Source: a virus
Taxonomy: Duplodnaviria; Caudoviricetes
DNA: 64,000 nucleotides
Virus record (IMG/VR): IMGVR_UViG_3300021060_000011
Span: 32,001 to 96,000 of that record
Reading direction: 5' to 3' (one strand)
The position numbers and the translations under genes were made by a program. Under the pieces are notes generated by a model. That model did no database searches and was not told the origin of the DNA. It was given only the letters and a program-made list of their open reading frames with translations. This document shows positions 55,396 to 64,000 of this stretch, one piece after another. The stretch's first letter is position 1. Each line of letters opens with the position of its first letter.

Positions 55396-56583
55396 TCAGC
55401 GCGCGGCGGCGTCGGCCCGGGTGCGGCCGCCGGCCTTGCGGTAGGCGGCGACGATGCCGCCCGCCTTGTCGTCCTTGGCCGTGCTGCCGCCGCCGTGATG
55501 GCCACCGGCCGGGCTCGGCTTCGTGGAGGCCTGCGCGGCCGCCATGGCGTCGATCAGGGCGTCCTTCGCCACCTCGAGGTTGCTCGCCTGGGCCACGATC
55601 CCGTTGAGGGTCGCGAGGCCGAGGCCGGACTTCTCCGCAGCGGTGAAGAACTGGACGGACCAGGCCTTGGGCGCCGACGCCACGGGGGCGACCGGCTCGG
55701 GCTTGGTCTCGGGCGGCGTGGCGCCGGCGGCTGCGGCGGCCGCAGCTTCGTCGGCGGCCTTCTTCGCGGCGACCGCCTCGGTCATGCTGGCCTTGGCCGC
55801 GTCGAGGCCGTCGGCCTTGGCGACGATGTCGAGCAGGGTGACGATCGACAGGTTGGACTCGCCGGCGGCGGCGAAGAAGTCGGTGGCCCAGGCCTTCGGC
55901 GCGGGGGTCGGGGCGGGCTTCACGTCGGACATGGGGGGTTCCTTCTCGGCCGCGGAGGCCGTTGCCGCTGGAGCGGCCTGAGGCTTGAACCGGCTCGGGA
56001 GGCCCTTCGGGGCGCGCGCGTAGAGCCGATAGTTGAAGCTGGCGGTGGGCTCGGCGAGGCTCTCGGCCTTGCCGGTGACGAGACCCTGCGCGACCGCCTC
56101 GTCGGCGGTGAACCAGGTCTCGGCGCGCATCAGGCTGCGCACCTCTTCGCGCTCCAAGCCCGAGCGCGCGGCGTAGATGCCGGCGTACTGGTCGGAGAGC
56201 TTGTCGAGGACGGTGGCGTCGCGCTGGTGGTCGGCGGCGGTGCCGAAGGTCAGCCCGGCGGCATCGTGGATCATCACCATCGCGCCGTCGCGCATCTCGC
56301 GCGTGTCGCCCGCCATCAGGATCAGCGAGGCGGCCGAGGCCGCTATGCCGTCGACGATGACGTGCACCTTGCCCTCGTGGGAGCGCAGGAGCGAGTAGAT
56401 CGCGACGCCGTCGAAGGCGATGCCGCCGCCCGAGTTCAGCCGGACGGGGACGTCGCCAGGGCCGTGCTCGGCCAGGGCGGAGGCCACGTCGGTGACGGTG
56501 AAGCCGTCACCCCAGCAGTAGGGGTCGCCGACGTCGCCGTAGAGCAGGATCTCCCCGTTAACGAGGAGGCTGGGCTTGTCCAT
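55396..56583 (-). CDS. ClpP-like head maturation protease fused to scaffold
   Basis: LNSGGG, DGIAASAASLI, MIHD, AETWFTADEAV. Confidence 0.9.
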   Translation of the reverse strand: MDKPSLLVNGEILLYGDVGDPYCWGDGFTVTDVASALAEHGPGDVPVRLNSGGGIAFDGVAIYSLLRSHEGKVHVIVDGIAASAASLILMAGDTREMRDGAMVMIHDAAGLTFGTAADHQRDATVLDKLSDQYAGIYAARSGLEREEVRSLMRAETWFTADEAVAQGLVTGKAESLAEPTASFNYRLYARAPKGLPSRFKPQAAPAATASAAEKEPPMSDVKPAPTPAPKAWATDFFAAAGESNLSIVTLLDIVAKADGLDAAKASMTEAVAAKKAADEAAAAAAAGATPPETKPEPVAPVASAPKAWSVQFFTAAEKSGLGLATLNGIVAQASNLEVAKDALIDAMAAAQASTKPSPAGGHHGGGSTAKDDKAGGIVAAYRKAGGRTRADAAAR

Positions 56584-58081
56584 CGGGCTTTGCCTTGGAG
56601 GGGGGCGGCATGGCCGCGTTCATCGGGAAGCGCCCGTCGCTGTCGAACCGCGTCCCCGCCTGGTCGGCGCGGGCGTTGTCCTCGGCGATTTCGGCTTCGA
56701 TCAGCTCCGGGTCGTGCCCGAGCTTGCGTTGCTCCTCGGAGCGGGACGACAGGCCCGACCGGATCGCATCGCGTGCGGCCTCGATGTCCTCGCTCGGCTT
56801 GATCATCTCGCGCCGGGGCGGGGTCCATTCGAGGGTGGCGCTGGTCGGCCCGTTGAGTGAGACCGTTGCGGCTTCGAGGAACCATCGGCCGATCCCGACA
56901 CAGAGGTGCGGGATCAGCATGTGCCAGCGCCACATGTCGATGGAGCGCTGGAACTCCAGCCAGCCGAGGCGGCCGGAGGAGAAGTTGACCTGGCTGAGGT
57001 CGTTGCTGAGCAGCTCGGCCGGCACCCCGAACCCGACGGCGATCTTGCGGATCTGCGCCCGGGTGTATTCGGGATAGCCCTGGGTCACGGGCGGAGTGGC
57101 GAACTTGACGTCCGAACCGCCCGTCAGCCGGGTGACGAGCCCCGGCTCGAGCATATCGACGGGGTTGCCGCTCTCGGTCGGCTTGATGCTGCCGTCAGCG
57201 TTGAAGGCGGGACCGGTCTCCGTCTTGTCCATCCAGAAGACCGCGAAGCACGCAGCGATCTTCTGGCGCATCAGCTCGGCGTCCTCGTAGTCGCCGAGGT
57301 CCCAGAGCGTCATCACGATGGGGGCGGCCCACGGAATACCGCGGGCCTGCCCGGGCCGATCCACCCGGTAGAGGTGGATCACATCCGACGCGGGCACCCG
57401 CTGCGAGGCGCCGAACCGGCGGTACGACACCCCATAGGGGTGTTCGGGGTAGAGCCAGTAGGCGACGCGGCGGCCGCGACGATCGAACTCGATGCCCTGG
57501 AAGCAGATGTTGCCGCCGCCGATCGGCCCGTGCTTGTTCGGGTCGAGGTAGTCCGGCTCCAGCACCCGCACCTGCAGGGGTACCTTCAGGCCGAGGCTGG
57601 CCTCGGGCAGGTACCGGACGACGAGGGCCTCGCCGCTCTCGACCACCGTCCGGATGGCGAGCGCCTGGATGCCGTAGAGGTTGTTCCGGCCTTCGAGGTC
57701 GATATCGGTGGTGTCGAGGTGCTCGCGGATGAGGCGTTGAAGCGCCTTCTTCTCCCGCGCCTTCGCGCCGATGACCGATGGCAGGATGCCGGTGCCCACG
57801 ACGTTCGAGGCGATCCCGGACACGGCCCGGGTCGCATAGGGGTTGTTCCGGGCCAGATCGCGCGACACGTCGCGGAGGCGGCCGAACGAGTAGAGGACCT
57901 CGGCATTCGCGTCCGAGGTCGAGATCTGGCGGCCGGCGGTGCGGTGGGTGCGGGCGGCGCCGTCGTAGAGGGCGGTCGCCCGGCGGATGCCCTCGGTGCG
58001 GGCGCGCGCCTGGACCCGGGCCTGCTCGCGCCGCGGCGAGACCCATCCGATGGCGCGGTCGAGGAGGTTGGGTCCTGCCAT
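56558..58081 (-). CDS. Portal protein, lambda family
   Basis: RDLARNNPYA, GIEFD..GR.VAY, RPGQARG, VNFSSGR. Confidence 0.93.
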   Translation of the reverse strand: MAGPNLLDRAIGWVSPRREQARVQARARTEGIRRATALYDGAARTHRTAGRQISTSDANAEVLYSFGRLRDVSRDLARNNPYATRAVSGIASNVVGTGILPSVIGAKAREKKALQRLIREHLDTTDIDLEGRNNLYGIQALAIRTVVESGEALVVRYLPEASLGLKVPLQVRVLEPDYLDPNKHGPIGGGNICFQGIEFDRRGRRVAYWLYPEHPYGVSYRRFGASQRVPASDVIHLYRVDRPGQARGIPWAAPIVMTLWDLGDYEDAELMRQKIAACFAVFWMDKTETGPAFNADGSIKPTESGNPVDMLEPGLVTRLTGGSDVKFATPPVTQGYPEYTRAQIRKIAVGFGVPAELLSNDLSQVNFSSGRLGWLEFQRSIDMWRWHMLIPHLCVGIGRWFLEAATVSLNGPTSATLEWTPPRREMIKPSEDIEAARDAIRSGLSSRSEEQRKLGHDPELIEAEIAEDNARADQAGTRFDSDGRFPMNAAMPPPSKAKPDGQAQPPR

Positions 58082-58086
58082 CGGCG

Positions 58087-58290
58087 TCAGGACAGGTTGG
58101 AGCGGTAGCCCGCCACGTAGCGGTTGGGCTGCCCGCGGCCGGTGACCTCGGCCTGCATGCCGGCGAGGATCGACCGCATCTCGGCGAGGGTGCGGTAGGT
58201 GACCTCGCGGTTGTCCGCGAAGCGCACCTTGGTCGCGCCCGTCGCAATCGCCGCCTTGAGGGCGGCGATGTCCTTGTCGGTGTAGGCCAT
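58087..58290 (-). CDS. gpW-like head-tail joining protein
   Basis: ALKAAIATGA..V.F..R.V.YRTL.EM. Confidence 0.85.
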   Translation of the reverse strand: MAYTDKDIAALKAAIATGATKVRFADNREVTYRTLAEMRSILAGMQAEVTGRGQPNRYVAGYRSNLS

Positions 58291-58317
58291 GGGAAGCCTT
58301 TCGTGCTTCGGCGCCGG

Positions 58318-60414
58318 TCAGCGCCGCAGGAACCCCCGACGCTGACCCAGGAAGCCGCCCGACTGTGCGGGCGCTTCTGCGGGCGGGGGTGGGGCCGCTG
58401 GGGTCGGGCGCAGAGCCACGACCGGGGCGGGCTTGGGCGGTGGTGCCTCCGCCGCGAGGGCGGGGTTCTCAGCCTCAGGAACCGCGGCGGGTGCGGGGGG
58501 CGGTGGTTCGGCACCGCTCTCGACCCTGAGGCGCTCGACGCCGATCATCTTCGCGGCGCCGTAGGCCAGGCATTCGGCGTCGAGGTAGTGGTTGTGCCGG
58601 GACCGGCGCAGCCACATCGACCCGCCGCTGGGTTTCCGCACGCGGGCCTCGGACACGATCTGGCGGCAGAAGTCCTCTGTCGCGTCGAGCGGCAGATGCC
58701 AGCCGCCGGGCTGATCCTGCGGCCACCGGATCCGGGAATGGACCCAGGACTTCAGGACGTCCGTGTCGAGCCGGACGAGGTCGAGCCCGTAGGACGGCTT
58801 GCCGCCGACCGGGGTGACGTCGATGCGGTTGACCGAGAGCGGCACCGACCGATGGTCGTAGCCCTTCGTCGGGTAGACGTGCCGGGCGTGCCGACGGCAG
58901 AATTCATAGACCGTGTTCTCGTCGCCGGCGTCCTTCTTGCCGGGACGGAAGCCCGCGTCGATGAAGACCCGGCGGATCGGCAACCCGCCGATGCCGTTCT
59001 CGATCAGCTCGGCCAGCTCCATCCACACATCGTCGAGACGCGTGTCGTGGTTGTCGCCGAACATCTCGCCGTGCTCGATGAGCCAGGACTCGTTCCGAGC
59101 GCCCCAGCCGCGCACCACGTAGACGAGCCGGTCCTTCTGGACGTCGACGCCGCAGGTCAGCAGCAGCACGCCGGCCGGGATCTCGCGGAAGTGGTAGGGC
59201 AGGCGGCGATCGCGCACCTCCTCCCACTCCGGCGCGTCGCCGCCGCTCGGCATCCACAGCTCGCCGAAAGCCGCGTTCACGACCGTCTGGACCTTCTCAG
59301 GGTCGCCGGTCTGGATCGCCTCGACGTAGCGGGCGGCGCGGTCGCCGAAGCTCTGGAACGGCGAGCACAGGCCCGATGCCCAGAGCGACCACGTATCACT
59401 CGCCGGCGGCTCGCCCGTGACGTTGTCGTTTTCGTCGACGTGCTGACCGGGGGCCACCTCGAGGCCGGTCTTGCAGATCGCCTCTTTCTCGTCCTCGGTG
59501 ATGATGCAGCCGTGGTTCGGGCAGACGAGGTGCGCCGTCTCCTTGGCCCGGGCCGGCGTGGTTTTCGCCTCCTCGCCCTTGTGCTCGTACTCCAGGCACG
59601 AGAGGCGCGGCACGAACCGTTCCTCACAGTGAGGGCAGCGCCAGGTCCAGTGGTATCGGGTGCCCGCCTGCCAGTATTTCCAGATGGTCGATTCGATGTC
59701 GTCGGCCGGCTGGACCTTCCAGAACTCCAGGCCCGAGACCTCGTCCTTCTCGGTTTCCTTCGGCCCGCGCGAGGTGGTCGAGACCATCGCGTGCACGAAG
59801 TCGGCGTGGGTGTCGCCGCGGGCGTCGATCAGGCCGATCGGATCGCCCTGCCCTTTCACGTTGGCCATCAGCTCGTCGGCCTCGTCGGTGAGGGCGAGCG
59901 AGGCCGGGTCCGATTTCAGGGCCGTGGACGAACCGGCGTGCGCGAGGCGCAGCGGGACGCCGGCGATCACCTTGCGGGTCTTCGTCATCCGCTTGCCGCG
60001 GGCGACCTTGGCCGCGAGGGTGGGCGCCTCGTCGAGCAGCGCCATGATGCGCGGCTCCCACTGCTCGGTGATGAACTGCTTGTTCGGTCCGACGTACAGG
60101 ATCGGCGCTGGCTGCTGGTCGAGCCGCTGGCCGATCACGTCGAGGATCGTCTCGGACTTCCCGCTCTGGGCCGAGACCACGAAGACGCAGCGCTTGTGCC
60201 GGCGCCTCGCGATCGCTCGTCCGAAGGGCACCCCGTAGGGGGTCAGGTAGGGGTTGCGCTTGCCTGGATAGCCGGAGCTGGGCGGATAGACCCGGTTCTC
60301 GGCACCCCAGACGTCAGGCATCGTCCTCTTCTGAGGGCGGATCAGCGTCGCGGTCCGCGCGTAGAGCCGCGCCGCATTCCGCGATGCGGTCGGCCACGGA
60401 TTGGAGAGCGTCAT
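58318..60414 (-). CDS. Terminase large subunit, lambda GpA family (start may be 60321)
   Basis: SAQSGKSE, LTDEAD, CPHC/CPNHGC, GVDVQ, NHYLDAE. Confidence 0.93.
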   Translation of the reverse strand: MTLSNPWPTASRNAARLYARTATLIRPQKRTMPDVWGAENRVYPPSSGYPGKRNPYLTPYGVPFGRAIARRRHKRCVFVVSAQSGKSETILDVIGQRLDQQPAPILYVGPNKQFITEQWEPRIMALLDEAPTLAAKVARGKRMTKTRKVIAGVPLRLAHAGSSTALKSDPASLALTDEADELMANVKGQGDPIGLIDARGDTHADFVHAMVSTTSRGPKETEKDEVSGLEFWKVQPADDIESTIWKYWQAGTRYHWTWRCPHCEERFVPRLSCLEYEHKGEEAKTTPARAKETAHLVCPNHGCIITEDEKEAICKTGLEVAPGQHVDENDNVTGEPPASDTWSLWASGLCSPFQSFGDRAARYVEAIQTGDPEKVQTVVNAAFGELWMPSGGDAPEWEEVRDRRLPYHFREIPAGVLLLTCGVDVQKDRLVYVVRGWGARNESWLIEHGEMFGDNHDTRLDDVWMELAELIENGIGGLPIRRVFIDAGFRPGKKDAGDENTVYEFCRRHARHVYPTKGYDHRSVPLSVNRIDVTPVGGKPSYGLDLVRLDTDVLKSWVHSRIRWPQDQPGGWHLPLDATEDFCRQIVSEARVRKPSGGSMWLRRSRHNHYLDAECLAYGAAKMIGVERLRVESGAEPPPPAPAAVPEAENPALAAEAPPPKPAPVVALRPTPAAPPPPAEAPAQSGGFLGQRRGFLRR

Positions 60415-60802
60415 CGATCTGCACCTGCAGGCGTTCGCGCTCGTCGAGATCGCGGGTGAAGCGGGCCGGGACGTTGTTCACCTGTAGGGCGACCTCGCCC
60501 GCCACCCGGTCCATCGCGTAGATCGCGTCGGTGAGGGGGACGAGCTCGCGCTCCTCGCGGGCGAGCTTCAGCTCCTCGCGTTTGGTCTTGATGTCCTTCA
60601 GCCGGTCGGCGCCCTTCAGGTCGCTCCGATCCTGCCGGGCCGTTTCGCTTTTGACCTTGTGCTCGATGTAGGCCTGCACGCATTCCGGCAGGAGCCATTC
60701 GCCATGGCTCAACTTCCGGAAAACTCTCGCATTCGCAAGCTGTTGGACCCGCCGGGCGGAGACGCCGAGGATCTCCGCGAGGTCGGCTGTGGAGACCTCC
60801 AT
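60314..60802 (-). CDS. Terminase small subunit, Nu1-like
   Basis: VSTADLAEILGVSARRVQQL winged HTH plus coiled coil. Confidence 0.85.
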   Translation of the reverse strand: MEVSTADLAEILGVSARRVQQLANARVFRKLSHGEWLLPECVQAYIEHKVKSETARQDRSDLKGADRLKDIKTKREELKLAREERELVPLTDAIYAMDRVAGEVALQVNNVPARFTRDLDERERLQVQIDDALQSVADRIAECGAALRADRDADPPSEEDDA

Positions 60803-60814
60803 CGGGCAACCTCA

Positions 60815-60907
60815 AAGCGAAAGCGAAATCGAGAAATCGAAAACCCGAAATACGCGCAGAACCCGGGGTCTATTGCCCGCAGAGGGGGAGTGACCTGGGA
60901 AGGACCC
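60815..60907 (-). other. Putative lambda-like cos site
   Basis: Minus strand GGGTCCT (identical to lambda cosQ) at 60901-60907, then GGGCAATAGACC 22 nt later, then TTTCG repeats before Nu1. Confidence 0.6.
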
Positions 60908-61010
60908 GTGAGGCCCCCCCTGCCCTCCCGCGCTGCGCGCTAGGATTCCGCAGGCCTGCGGCGAGTGCCCGGCGTGCCCCTGCCCTGCCATGGGGCCGGT
61001 GCGGCGGCGC

Positions 61011-61592
61011 TCAACCGATGATGCGGGACAGCTCGTGTTCCAGGCGCCCGGGCAGCTCCGCCGCCACCGTGCTGTTGAAGGCTGCGGCCGTGGCTCCCGT
61101 CACCATCTCCTCGGGGATGAAGACCCCCGACTTGACCTTCTGGAAGCGGTCCATGCCGCTGTTCGTGCGCGACCCTGTGCGCTCGAAGACGTGCCCGTTC
61201 CAGTTGCCCTTGGTCACCCGCTTGGGCCACCAGCCCGCCTTCATGAAGGTGTGCGGGTAGATGCTGCGAGCGTTCCGGGGCGCGGCGCTGACGCCGGTGC
61301 GGGTCTCGCGCGCGCCGAAGTATTTCAGGGCGATGTCGCCGCCGGCGGATCGGATCGTGTAGGTGAGCCCACCTCCACCAGCCTTGTGGACCCGCAAAGC
61401 CTTCACGATGGTGCGCCGCTTCAGGCCCGTCTGGACCGTCAGCGCCCGGGTCATCTGGGTCTTGGCCTTGTCGCCCGTATGGTTGATGGCGCGGGCCAGA
61501 GCGAGGGGCGCACGGGCGCCGGCCGCGCCGATCTGATTGCCGAGGCGGGCGATACTAGCCGCGTCGAGGGTGACGTGAAGGCCGCCGCTCAT
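61011..61592 (-). CDS. Minor tail Z-like protein
   Basis: ALARAINHTG..AKT, basic; upstream of cos. Confidence 0.65.
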   Translation of the reverse strand: MSGGLHVTLDAASIARLGNQIGAAGARAPLALARAINHTGDKAKTQMTRALTVQTGLKRRTIVKALRVHKAGGGGLTYTIRSAGGDIALKYFGARETRTGVSAAPRNARSIYPHTFMKAGWWPKRVTKGNWNGHVFERTGSRTNSGMDRFQKVKSGVFIPEEMVTGATAAAFNSTVAAELPGRLEHELSRIIG

Positions 61593-61761
61593 CGCCGATG
61601 ATCCTGCGGGTGAAGGTGCGGGCCAGGGCCGCCGCGTCGCCGCGGAGGGTGCGCTGGACGGAGGACGCTGCCGGGGCGAGGCGGGAGAGGTCGCCCTCGA
61701 CCGCCGATCGGACGGCGCCGGCGATCACCCCGCGCCGCTCGGCGCAGCCGGCGCAGCTCAT
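61555..61761 (-). CDS. Hypothetical protein
   Basis: MSCAGCAERR. Confidence 0.45.
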   Translation of the reverse strand: MSCAGCAERRGVIAGAVRSAVEGDLSRLAPAASSVQRTLRGDAAALARTFTRRIIGDERRPSRHPRRG

Positions 61762-62165
61762 CCGTGGAACTCGGCGCCCTTCTGGATGGTGAGCATGCTC
61801 GGCGTCAGCGCCACTGCGCCAAGGCCGGGCACCGCATCACCGGCGGCCGCGCGCTCGGCCACGTCGCGATAGGAGATGCCGCTGAGGTCGCGCAGCGCCA
61901 TTGCTCTGTCCACGTTCACGGTCACCTCGATGCGCACCGGTGACAATCGCGGCTGATCGGCGGACTGCCGCACCGGACGCGTCAGGAGCACAATGATCCA
62001 GGCAGCGAAGAGGATGACGACGGGCGCCCCGAACACGGCGCGGACCGGGGCCTGATCACCCCAGATTGGGCGGAGGGCATCGGCGAGCAAATGCGCCAGC
62101 GCGATGGAGGCGAGGCCTCCGAACACGAGGGCGGCGAGGACGCGAACGACGTGCATGAGGATCAC
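61758..62165 (-). CDS. Membrane hypothetical protein
   Basis: Two TM segments. Confidence 0.5.
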   Translation of the reverse strand: MILMHVVRVLAALVFGGLASIALAHLLADALRPIWGDQAPVRAVFGAPVVILFAAWIIVLLTRPVRQSADQPRLSPVRIEVTVNVDRAMALRDLSGISYRDVAERAAAGDAVPGLGAVALTPSMLTIQKGAEFHG

Positions 62166-62229
62166 CGGCTGCCGGGGAAGGGGTCGCGCGCGAAGGCGCG
62201 GATGAAGCGGTAGAGCCAGGGCCGCAGCA

Positions 62230-62418
62230 TCAGGCGGCGGCCATCAGCTGCGGCGCGGGCCTGGAGAGCTGCCAACCCTCGGCGAGGGCGAGCGAAACGT
62301 AGTCGCCCCAGGACATGAAGCCCGCGTCGCAGAGGGCGCGGGCAACGTCCTGGCCTGCCTGGGCGGCGGGCACGGGTTCGGACGCCGCGGCGGCGGCGGT
62401 GGGCTCGGCCATCGGCAT
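62230..62418 (-). CDS. Hypothetical protein
   Basis: GGAG RBS. Confidence 0.45.
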   Translation of the reverse strand: MPMAEPTAAAAASEPVPAAQAGQDVARALCDAGFMSWGDYVSLALAEGWQLSRPAPQLMAAA

Positions 62419-62509
62419 CGGGGGTCTCCAGAGTTATGCCCGCCGCGAGGGTCGGGTGAACGCACCGCGCCAGACCTGCGCGGCATGGTCGGTGGTTCGC
62501 CCGTCTCGT

Positions 62510-63346
62510 TCAGGCCGCGAGCGCGTCGGGCTCGCGGATGAGGACCGCCACCCGGCCGGTCGCCGCCTCCCAGCGTCGCACCGTGGTGTCGACGTAGGTC
62601 GGGTCGAGCTCGATGGCGTGGCAGATGCGGCCCAGGTCCTCGGCCGCCATGAGGGTCGTCCCCGATCCGAGGAACGGGTCATAGACCCGGTCGCCCGGCA
62701 CCGTGTGGTTCAGGATCGGCCGCCGCATCGCCTCGATGGGCTTCTGCGTGCCGTGTCCGGTCTCGGACCGGCGATGCGGGATCAGCCAGACCGTGGTCTG
62801 CTTCCGGTCGCCCGCCCAACTGGCTGTGCGGCCCTTCCGGACCGCGTACCAGCATGGCTCGTGCCGCCAATGGTAGTGGCCCCGGCTAATAACCAGCCGA
62901 CCCTTGTCCCAGATGATCTGTGACCGAGGCAGGAAGCCCGCGATGCGCAGGCTCGTCTCAACCACGCTCGCGTGGAGGGCCGAGTGCCAGACGTAGGCGA
63001 CGTCGCCGGGGAAGAGGGCCCAGGCCGCGCGCCAATCGGCGCAGTCGTCGTTGGCAACGACTCCGAGTGCACGGTTGCTGCCGTTGGGCAACACCTTGGC
63101 CCGCCAGCCAGGATCGTAGCTCACCCCGTAGGGCGGGTCGGTCACCATGAGGTGCGGGATGGTGCCGTTCAGCGCAGTGGCGACGTCGCCCGGGTCGGTC
63201 GCGTCACCGCAGACGAGGCGGTGGGCGCCGAGGAGCCAGACATCCCCGCGCCGGGCAATCGCCGGCGCGGGGAGCGGGTCCGCACCGGGAGCTGGTGCGG
63301 TCGAAAGTGGCCGGTTTTTCACGGCCTCAGAATGGTGTTTGGGCAT
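62510..63346 (-). CDS. N6-A/N4-C DNA methyltransferase (beta class)
   Basis: HRLVCGD, TDPPY, HGTQKP, YDPFLGSGTT, IELDP. Confidence 0.92.
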   Translation of the reverse strand: MPKHHSEAVKNRPLSTAPAPGADPLPAPAIARRGDVWLLGAHRLVCGDATDPGDVATALNGTIPHLMVTDPPYGVSYDPGWRAKVLPNGSNRALGVVANDDCADWRAAWALFPGDVAYVWHSALHASVVETSLRIAGFLPRSQIIWDKGRLVISRGHYHWRHEPCWYAVRKGRTASWAGDRKQTTVWLIPHRRSETGHGTQKPIEAMRRPILNHTVPGDRVYDPFLGSGTTLMAAEDLGRICHAIELDPTYVDTTVRRWEAATGRVAVLIREPDALAA

Positions 63347-63534
63347 AACCTGATGCAGGGTGCACCCGCCTCGTACGAGGTGGCGGGGTGACCGGAAGTC
63401 CGGCCGGCAACGGTCATGCGTGGTCCCATCCACGCGGTTCGGGGTGTTGCGACCACCCCGGCTCCCGCCTCTTTTCAGAGCCGGGACAGCCTACTGGAGC
63501 CCCCGCTGTTTTGCGAGGGGGCAATCCGCTGATG

Positions 63535-63942
63535 CTACTCGACGAGGTCCTCGGCGATTGCCGTGCGGGCCTCGACTGTCTCGGCGAGGCGATGGATGTG
63601 CAGTTCGTTCGCCCCTTCGGCAGCCGCGCGGTCCAGCGCGCGCCACACCGAGAGGCCGTCATCCATCGAGGCCACCGCAAGAAGCGAAGACAGGCCCGAT
63701 GTCTCGCGGCGCACGGCCAAAAGCACCGTGTCACGGTCGAGAACGAGATCCGGCATCCTGAACGGGACGACCGAGACCACGTGGCCGCGACCGGACTTGC
63801 CGACCCAGGAGCTGAGCGTGAACTTGCCCCGGAGGTTCGGATCCCACTGGAGACGTTTTTCCCGGATCGTCGGAAGGTTCTCCAGCCGCGGCGTCGCCAG
63901 TCGCTTGAGCGCGAGGTCCCAGGCGAGTTGTCTTCCAGCCAT
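63535..63942 (-). CDS. Hypothetical protein
   Basis: 135-aa co-oriented ORF. Confidence 0.55.
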   Translation of the reverse strand: MAGRQLAWDLALKRLATPRLENLPTIREKRLQWDPNLRGKFTLSSWVGKSGRGHVVSVVPFRMPDLVLDRDTVLLAVRRETSGLSSLLAVASMDDGLSVWRALDRAAAEGANELHIHRLAETVEARTAIAEDLVE

Positions 63943-64000
63943 CAGGACACCTTCCGGCGTTCGCAGCCGACCTTGTGGTAGAAGCCCGCCGGCGGCGGAC

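Larger units (their letters stand above)
33089..63346 (-). mobile_element. Complete virion and lysis module: lambda-like head, Mu-like contractile tail
   Basis: Contiguous minus-strand terminase-portal-protease-capsid-sheath-tube-TMP-baseplate-fibre-lysis genes. Confidence 0.93.

Noticed and set aside
57778-60459. 893-aa plus-strand ORF (and similar ones at 44491-46008 and 55306-56802)
   Set aside because: Antisense to terminase, portal and tail genes; Arg/Gly-rich shadow frames.
33089-60802. Gene transfer agent, tailocin or Mu-type transposable phage
   Set aside because: Has a lambda-type head, cos terminase and full lysis set; no transposase or Mu ends visible; not RcGTA gene order.

Overview
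High-GC alphaproteobacterial sequence (Methylobacterium/Rhizobiales-like by inference from repABC, GAAC-N7-GAAC LexA boxes and a GapR-like gene). It is almost entirely phage or plasmid DNA. (1) 1-27.0 kb: the early region of a lambdoid phage. It has a cI/cro switch with four 14-bp operators, a leftward operon (GapR-like, dCTP deaminase, RusA, a two-frame C5 methyltransferase, DUF1376 replication initiator) and a ~700-bp structured late leader leading into a headful-type terminase pair that runs off the left edge. A rightward PL-like operon carries Gp157, Bet/RecT, NinB, a SPOUT RNA methyltransferase, DUF5131, DUF1643 and an HD hydrolase. (2) 27.2-33.0 kb: a complete repABC replicon (parS palindromes inside repB, ctRNA) plus an orphan LexA-boxed umuD. 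It sits where a lambdoid int/att would be; no integrase is seen in the window. (3) 33.1-64 kb: a complete minus-strand virion module with a lambda-like cos site, Nu1/GpA terminase, portal, ClpP protease, capsid and decoration protein, a Mu-like contractile tail with an apparent second fibre system, and a lysis cassette containing an RlpA-like gene. The main hypothesis is a repABC phage-plasmid whose one lambdoid gene order links two unrelated packaging/virion modules. All product calls come from motif recognition by eye; no database searches were run.
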